The translations under genes were made by a program, and so were the position numbers. Shown piece by piece: positions 24,029-29,789 of a stretch of DNA of 29,789 bases. The stretch is from a virus (Duplodnaviria; Caudoviricetes): IMG/VR virus record IMGVR_UViG_3300043694_000016, positions 1-29,789 of that record, one strand, 5' to 3'. The notes below the pieces were generated by a model that was not told the origin of the DNA, did not search any database, and was given only the letters and a program-made list of their open reading frames with translations. The first letter of the stretch is position 1. The number at the start of each line of letters is the position of its first letter.

Positions 24029-24393
24029 TTTTCGAGCCTCCCGACGATCGTCACAAACTGAGCGATCGGGAAATCGGTCTGAATATGCTCGACGTTATAG
24101 CGAAAATTTTCATATCCTGGCGCCTCGATCGCGAAAAAATGCTGACTTGTCGCGACATAATCCCCTCGAGGATTTCGAATCACGATTGTCACGTCTGAGA
24201 GTGTTTTATTCGCTTTCGCTTGCTCCAGGTCTTTCATCCAAACATGATCGATTTTCGCCCAGGTCTGAAATAAAATTTTTTTCTCCAGGTCTCCAGGCTC
24301 AGGACCAGGATTCGGCTGAAATTCGAAAAACGTGATCGGCGTTCTGAGATCCCCGACGGTCGCTCGAGGCGGCGTATATTTAAAGGGTCTCAT
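24019..24393 (-). CDS. Head closure / head-tail adaptor protein
   Basis: GDLRTPITF...GPEP motif, position after the gp6-like connector. Confidence 0.82.
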   Translation of the reverse strand: MRPFKYTPPRATVGDLRTPITFFEFQPNPGPEPGDLEKKILFQTWAKIDHVWMKDLEQAKANKTLSDVTIVIRNPRGDYVATSQHFFAIEAPGYENFRYNVEHIQTDFPIAQFVTIVGRLEKWA

Positions 24394-24676
24394 CGATGAC
24401 GACCTCCTGGAGCGCGTTCGAGACGCCGAGACTTGTGATCAGGCTCAAAAAGTTATCGTCAAAAAACTCGAGCGCGTCATTATAGGCGTATCGAGTTCTC
24501 TCAAATATTAATTCTTTCGCTTTTTCGTTTGTCTCCAGGTCAAAATCCCCACATTTCGCCGTGATGTCCGCGATCGAAAAGGATAAAAGTCTTTTCAGAT
24601 TTTCGTCCTCGCTTGAGTGAGATATGTGTAATCGTTCTTTAAATTCCAGGAGTAAATCATCCGAAATCGTGATCAT
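24380..24676 (-). CDS. Head-tail connector (gp6/SPP1 gp15-like)
   Basis: FKERLHI.HS.ED.NL..LL and ELIFER.RYAYND.LEFF..NF motifs. Confidence 0.88.
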   Translation of the reverse strand: MITISDDLLLEFKERLHISHSSEDENLKRLLSFSIADITAKCGDFDLETNEKAKELIFERTRYAYNDALEFFDDNFLSLITSLGVSNALQEVVIDETL

Positions 24677-24688
24677 AAGATCACCTCA

Positions 24689-25834
24689 TTAAACGACTGG
24701 AGGAGCGAAATCGATGTCCAGTGTATAAAGTAACGCCGTTTTATTATCTTTTGGTTTTCCGTTCGCGAATTGCTTGATCGTGTAAAGAGTCGCGTCCTCA
24801 AGAGCCAGCGTTTGATCAAATTTTTTGAATCGATATCCACCCGCGACGGCTGCCAAATATTCACCACGGACGAAAAAGATCGCCGAGCCCGCCGCGACGA
24901 CATCGCTCTCGACTAATTGGATGTTATAAGGGAGAGCCGTCACCCATTGTCCGTTCGCTGTTTGAATTGTATTTCTCATTTGAACCGCGATCGCGTCCAT
25001 CGGATTAACAACCATATAAACACGATTAGCGATCTGACGGCTGTCGCCTTTTTCATTTGTAGACAGCGCGCTCACGACTCCATGAAGCTCACCCGCGATC
25101 GTTTCTCCGCGATCACTCGGCGCGAATGTAAGAGTCCCCGACGTGGTTTTCGCTGTGACGGCGCCCGTATCAGCTGCGACATTTTTATTCAATCCGATCG
25201 GCTGATTAACCGTCGAGCCGCCTCCATTAATAAAACCGAATTCAAGTCCCGTCGAGTAAGATTCGACGAGTAATGTTCTAACATAACGCTCGAGCCAAAC
25301 TGGACCGAGCTCGATCATGTCATTCGGAATCGCTGCGAATGAGGTCAGCTTGAAAGTCCCCATGTCCTCCTCGCTAAATGCTGCGTTTACTTGTCCCGCG
25401 ATGTCGCCGAATAAAGGTCCCCACGCGTAAGCCTTTGTCGGGTCGGCTGTGATGAATCGTGTCACGGGTCCGAGGTCCTGGAGTCCGATCGATTGGAGTA
25501 TCGCGTGTTCTCTGACTAAATCATCGAAAACGCGCTCTTGAGTCGTGATCGGCAAAATCGCGTCGTCTGTGAATCCGCCATCAGATACGACTCTATTAAA
25601 AAATTGAGTCTCCTCTGACGTCAGGACGTTCACTCCTCTATTTTGTAAAATGGACCGATCGATCATGTCCGAATTGACTTGAGCTGTGACAGCGTTTGTC
25701 ACTTCTGTTTGTAGGACATCCAAATAATTATTCAGCGCCTCGCCTGATTTTTTCTCATCGCCTGAGGACATCGCCTCGCCGAGTGCTGCTTTTGCTTTTT
25801 TAAATTCTTCTGTTTTTGCAAATTTGATCGTCAT
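24689..25834 (-). CDS. Major capsid protein (HK97 fold)
   Basis: LT.EE..FFN, LP.T...RVF.DL...H.L, F.NG.G...P.GL and FDQTLA.ED..LY..KQFA.G.P.DN motifs. Confidence 0.96.
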   Translation of the reverse strand: MTIKFAKTEEFKKAKAALGEAMSSGDEKKSGEALNNYLDVLQTEVTNAVTAQVNSDMIDRSILQNRGVNVLTSEETQFFNRVVSDGGFTDDAILPITTQERVFDDLVREHAILQSIGLQDLGPVTRFITADPTKAYAWGPLFGDIAGQVNAAFSEEDMGTFKLTSFAAIPNDMIELGPVWLERYVRTLLVESYSTGLEFGFINGGGSTVNQPIGLNKNVAADTGAVTAKTTSGTLTFAPSDRGETIAGELHGVVSALSTNEKGDSRQIANRVYMVVNPMDAIAVQMRNTIQTANGQWVTALPYNIQLVESDVVAAGSAIFFVRGEYLAAVAGGYRFKKFDQTLALEDATLYTIKQFANGKPKDNKTALLYTLDIDFAPPVV

Positions 25835-25849
25835 TTTTTTCTCGCTCCT

Positions 25850-26611
25850 TTATAAATTCAAAAATGTCTTTGCAAGTGCTGAAGGTTTCGGATTTTCTTC
25901 GCCTGGTTTCGGATTTTCCTCTCCTGGCTGCTTTTCTCCTGGAATTTCAAACTCGTCCTCTTTTTTCTCGTTATACGCTTTGATCATTGTTGTAATCATG
26001 TTTTCTAGCTCCTCTCGATTCGTGATATTTTTTGACTGATTGGCTGCTGCTGCGGTATGACCTTTGATCAGGCTGTTAAATTCTTTGACTTTGTCCTGGA
26101 ATATTTCCGATTTGACCTCCTCAGCGCTTTCGGACTGGATGATCTCATCGATCAGTCCGATCTCTTTCGCTTTGGCTGCTGATAAAAAAGTCTCAGCGTC
26201 CAGGAGCTTTTTGATCTGATCAGCGTCGACGCGGTCTGTATAGCTCGCGAGGACAGACTCTCCGATCGAATCCAGGTCGTCGGCTGCTTTTCTCAGCTCG
26301 ATCGAATTCCCCGCGACGATGGTCCACGCGTGATGAATCATGATCTGAGTGTTTGAATAGGCGCGAATGATATCGGCGCCCATGATCGCGATTGACGCCG
26401 CGCTCGCTGCGATTCCCGTGACGACGGCTGTGACCTGTCCAGGATGACTCCTGAGCGAGTTACAAATATCAATCCCGAGAAAAACATCGCCGCCGTATGA
26501 GTTCATTTCGATCGTGATTTCCTCATCGGCTGCGATGTCCGTCATTTTTTGTTGAAATTCAAAAACACTCCAGTTCCAGGAGGTTAAATCGCCCGTGATT
26601 TTATGTTTCAT
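25850..26611 (-). CDS. ClpP-like head maturation protease
   Basis: NS.GGDV, G.AASAAS.I, MIH.AW and ET.L.A..A...G..DEI motifs. Confidence 0.95.
   Translation of the reverse strand: MKHKITGDLTSWNWSVFEFQQKMTDIAADEEITIEMNSYGGDVFLGIDICNSLRSHPGQVTAVVTGIAASAASIAIMGADIIRAYSNTQIMIHHAWTIVAGNSIELRKAADDLDSIGESVLASYTDRVDADQIKKLLDAETFLSAAKAKEIGLIDEIIQSESAEEVKSEIFQDKVKEFNSLIKGHTAAAANQSKNITNREELENMITTMIKAYNEKKEDEFEIPGEKQPGEENPKPGEENPKPSALAKTFLNL
25884..25925. repeat. 21-bp tandem duplication (PGEENPK x2) in the protease C-terminal linker
   Basis: GGTTTCGGATTTTCTTCGCCT / GGTTTCGGATTTTCCTCTCCT. Confidence 0.75.
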
Positions 26612-27744
26612 TTTGTGATGTCACCTCCTTTAAGAGCGTCAGATAATTCGATATAGTTTTTCGTGATGAAATATTTCTCGAGAATCTCATCCTCGACGCG
26701 TTCGGCTCCGAGTTCTTCTCTCAGCTCGTTTCCATTGAAAACGCCTGAGGCTCTCAGTTTATCCACCGATGACGCGACGTCGAAAATATTGTTATACGAG
26801 ATTCGTTTGATCTCGATTTTTCGCCCGTCCAGGAATTCCTCTCGCGTGAAAAATTTCGCGTTGAGTTCGTCTGAAATTTTTTTCAAAAAAGAATCGATAC
26901 AGAATCTCATAAAATTCCGAGTCGGATTTTCGATGTCCGCCTGGTCGCCTTTGATCAGCGCGATCGGAATTCCCAGGACGCGAGCGACTTGAAACAAAAA
27001 ACCGTCCGTGACTTTGTTGACCTCGTCCACTCCTGGAGCGCTGCCCGTTTCGATTTCGTGATAATTAAATCCTTTGGACTGTGGAATCACCGCGATCGAT
27101 TTCTCCGCGAATGACTTATAAATTTTATCGATGTAGGTCTGGAGTTTTTTCTGACCTTCTTCCGTCTTGTCGACGATCGCGTCAATATCGACGAGCCCTC
27201 TGATCTGATTTTTTCGTTTTTGGAATTCCAGGACGCGCGAAAAGAGAGCCTCGAAATCTGTATAAAGGCTCTCGATCAGGCTTTTCAGCCTTTCGTTTGA
27301 ATAGGTTAAATAAATAACCTCGCTATTTTTAAAGGTCCGATTAAATGTATAGCCTTTGACTGTGACATCCTTAAAAGTATTTTCGAAAATCGCATATTCG
27401 GACTGTGTAAAAGATTCGGCGATCAGTAAATCGTCCGTGTCACTTTTGACGATCAGGACCTCATTATCGAAAATGAGTCGATAAATCAGGAGCTCCCAAA
27501 ACTGCGCCGCGCTCATATTCATCGACGGACGGACATTCAGGCGATAATATAATTCATCTCTGATCTGTTTCGTCCCGTTTTTTATACGGAATTCAGACTG
27601 AGCGATCGTCCGCGCGATTAGTCCGATACACGTTTCGAGCGCGATCTTTTTGACGTGAAATTTTTTCGTCGAGTCCTCGATGAAATCGAAATCCAGTAAA
27701 AATTCGAGTTCGGAATTCTTTTTGAAAATGTCGAATACTCCCAT
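26608..27744 (-). CDS. Portal protein (HK97 family)
   Basis: LYY.LNVRP..N.SA..FW, VA..LGIP..L..G and NE.RE.LG motifs. Position after terL. Confidence 0.96.
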   Translation of the reverse strand: MGVFDIFKKNSELEFLLDFDFIEDSTKKFHVKKIALETCIGLIARTIAQSEFRIKNGTKQIRDELYYRLNVRPSMNMSAAQFWELLIYRLIFDNEVLIVKSDTDDLLIAESFTQSEYAIFENTFKDVTVKGYTFNRTFKNSEVIYLTYSNERLKSLIESLYTDFEALFSRVLEFQKRKNQIRGLVDIDAIVDKTEEGQKKLQTYIDKIYKSFAEKSIAVIPQSKGFNYHEIETGSAPGVDEVNKVTDGFLFQVARVLGIPIALIKGDQADIENPTRNFMRFCIDSFLKKISDELNAKFFTREEFLDGRKIEIKRISYNNIFDVASSVDKLRASGVFNGNELREELGAERVEDEILEKYFITKNYIELSDALKGGDITK

Positions 27745-27756
27745 GTTTTCACCTCC

Positions 27757-29391
27757 TCAAAATCGTAAGTCGCCGAGTGAAAATCCCTCGTCGCCCTGGA
27801 GGAGATCGTCAGCTTTAAAAAGCGCGTGAATAAATGCCTGGAATCCGTCAGTCTTTCGCCTGAATTCATCCTTTTTCAGATATTCTTTATTCCCGTCTTT
27901 TTTGATCGCGACATATACATTATTCACATACCATCTCATGAGAGGATTTTCGCCGAATATAATTTTCCTTGTAGAGAATAACGTCTCCACTTTTGGCGCC
28001 AGGCGCGAGTGAATCGCTCGAGGATTCCGAATAAATTCCAGGATAAATCCCTCCTCCTCGAGTGCTGTTTTGACCAGGTCGAGGCGAAAAGTATCGGCGA
28101 CGATAGTCTCGAGTCCGTATTTTTCGCGCTGCTGACAAAACCATTCGACGATATATTTAATTTCGATGACGGGACCGTCGAGAATCGTGAGGAGTCCCGC
28201 CTCCTCCCAGTCATAAATCGGGACTTTTAGCTTTGTATCTCTCAGGAAATCCCGTCGGACGAATGAATGAGATTTCCAAATATATTCGTCGCCCACTTTA
28301 AACAAGAGACCGACCGCCGCGAAATCTTTGATCGACGCGAAATCCAGTCCACCGATACACGTCCGATGAGTGAGATCAGGGAGCTCTCGATTCGTCGCCA
28401 GGATGTCGTCCCATTCGGCGACGGATTGAGCCGCGTCGACACTAGGGAGATTCATTCGCTTTGTCAAAAACTCGGCTCGACTCGACGGATTCGTCGCGAG
28501 CTGCTGAAATTGACTGATCACTTTTTTCATGAGGTCCTCGGCGTATGTGCTGCGAGGCTGCGAAAACATCGGATTCGCTTTTTCCCAGGCGTCAGGATTT
28601 TCCGCCTCGTCCGCGACATCGATTTTACAAATAAACGGAAATAGAGAGTCGGTCAGTTCACCGCCCTCGAGAATCGCTTTCGATCGTTCTTTCAGTTTGT
28701 CCAGGAATCCCTCGCGAATATAGCCATCGGTCCCGATGAAAAACTCGCGCGAGTTCGGGACCTTTCCGAGTCCTGAGCTGAAAACATTCACGACGTCGAA
28801 ATTTTCGTATTGATGGACCTCGTCATAAATGACCGCGCCGTCTCTGAGTCCGTCTTTCGTCGCTGCGTTACTTGTATGGAATTGGAGTTCGGAATTCGTC
28901 TCCCTGGACGCGATGAGGAGCTTTGTCCGATAAAATAATTTTTTCAAAATATCATGAGCGCCGATCGTTTCATAAATCTCTTTAAAAGAGGTTTTCGCCT
29001 GGAGCTCACTATTCGCAACGATCGAAATATTATATCTTTCGATTCCGTGTAAAGGCGAAATCAGAAAATGACAGACCGCTGAGATCAGTCCATTTTTTCC
29101 CGCGCCTCTTGCCATGAAAATAAAAAACTGATCGAAAACGACGGACCTGTCCGATCGATGGAATAAAAAAATAAATGCAATAATAAAACGCTGAAAAGGC
29201 TCCGTCTTGAAATACCATTTTTCAGTGAATCGAATACATTTCTCGATCATGTCGTCGTCGAAAAAAAGATCGTCTCGCGTAAGTATTTTATTTTGAATAA
29301 ATTCCAGGAGTTGAATTCGCTCCTGGTTTAATTTGATCGCGCCTGATTCATACAGATCGATGTAATCCTGGACATACGGATTCGAAATCAT
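27757..29391 (-). CDS. terL: Terminase large subunit
   Basis: Walker A MARGAGKNG, Walker B AVIYDE, nuclease GGLDFA...DF and KTDG motifs. Confidence 0.97.
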   Translation of the reverse strand: MISNPYVQDYIDLYESGAIKLNQERIQLLEFIQNKILTRDDLFFDDDMIEKCIRFTEKWYFKTEPFQRFIIAFIFLFHRSDRSVVFDQFFIFMARGAGKNGLISAVCHFLISPLHGIERYNISIVANSELQAKTSFKEIYETIGAHDILKKLFYRTKLLIASRETNSELQFHTSNAATKDGLRDGAVIYDEVHQYENFDVVNVFSSGLGKVPNSREFFIGTDGYIREGFLDKLKERSKAILEGGELTDSLFPFICKIDVADEAENPDAWEKANPMFSQPRSTYAEDLMKKVISQFQQLATNPSSRAEFLTKRMNLPSVDAAQSVAEWDDILATNRELPDLTHRTCIGGLDFASIKDFAAVGLLFKVGDEYIWKSHSFVRRDFLRDTKLKVPIYDWEEAGLLTILDGPVIEIKYIVEWFCQQREKYGLETIVADTFRLDLVKTALEEEGFILEFIRNPRAIHSRLAPKVETLFSTRKIIFGENPLMRWYVNNVYVAIKKDGNKEYLKKDEFRRKTDGFQAFIHALFKADDLLQGDEGFSLGDLRF

Positions 29392-29693
29392 ATTAAATCC
29401 TGGGCTGACGGTCCCGTTTCTTTTGGTTCGTCCTCAGTTTTGAAAGTTTTTTCCATGTTCATAAGAGCCGAATTGATTTTATTTCGCTCGCCGAGTAATG
29501 GATGAGCTTTGATAAATTGCTGAGCGCCGTTTATTGTGACGACGGTCTCGCCCTCTTTTAAAATAATCGCGTGGATTTTCCGAAATTGCTTGACGAGATC
29601 GATGTATCTCTCGACCTTCTCGACCTGGCTCAGATCATTCGCGTCGATTTTTTTCATGAGCTGATCTTTTAAATCTGTAATTTTTACCGCCAT
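29388..29693 (-). CDS. terS: Terminase small subunit (P27-like)
   Basis: EKVERYI.L...NG.Q.F.K.HP motif, ATGA overlap with terL. Confidence 0.9.
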   Translation of the reverse strand: MAVKITDLKDQLMKKIDANDLSQVEKVERYIDLVKQFRKIHAIILKEGETVVTINGAQQFIKAHPLLGERNKINSALMNMEKTFKTEDEPKETGPSAQDLI

Positions 29694-29744
29694 TGTTTAA
29701 CATTCACCACCTAAAAAACCGATAACGCCTGATTTTCTCGACAA

Positions 29745-29768
29745 ACGACCCCCCTTCACCGTTTCCCA
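29745..29768 (-). other. Candidate cos region (GGGAAACGGTGAAGGGGGGTCG)
   Basis: G-rich CGG-initiated stretch ~60 bp upstream of terS, where cos sites of HK97-like Firmicute phages usually lie. Confidence 0.4.
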
Positions 29769-29789
29769 TTGTCAGAAATTTATACTAAA

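Larger units (their letters stand above)
1..29789. mobile_element. Temperate siphophage (HK97-like head, long non-contractile tail); possibly a plasmid prophage; both ends truncated by the window
   Basis: Canonical order terS-terL-portal-Clp protease-capsid-connectors-major tail-chaperone-TMP-Dit-Tal-holin-amidase, plus repressor and replication region. Firmicute-type RBSs and sigmaA promoters. Confidence 0.96.

Noticed and set aside
8421-28723. Many plus-strand and off-frame ORFs (e.g. 17599-18243, 16444-16887, 13304-13666)
   Set aside because: Shadows of the structural genes, Ser/Arg-rich, with no evident RBS. Explained by the codon bias.

Overview
The window is most of a temperate siphophage genome of a Bacillaceae-type host. 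On the minus strand, an HK97-like head, tail and lysis arm runs from terS (29693) to a CwlC-like amidase (5558). On the left sit a genetic switch (XRE repressor opposite a truncated gene), a probable replication initiator and two clusters of small accessory genes. No integrase is visible in the window. The initiator is co-oriented with the repressor and has an antisense-RNA/attenuator-like leader, and there is an RHH (ParG/CopG-like) gene, so a plasmid-prophage lifestyle is plausible (inference). The most notable observations are: (1) an acr/aca-like operon of four microproteins plus a terminal HTH behind a consensus sigmaA promoter with a palindromic operator; (2) a tail-terminator-like protein fused to a beta-rich stalk, FN3 and a PL14-like polysaccharide lyase; (3) GGCC and CCGG each found only four times by eye, always in the fixed contexts TCGGCCGACG and GACCGGAA; (4) a LysM-LysM-lysozyme-like block nested inside a domain of the tail-tip protein; (5) a split lysis cassette with a sigmaK-like promoter. 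All family calls come from motif recognition without database searches. Counts and small-ORF translations were done by hand.
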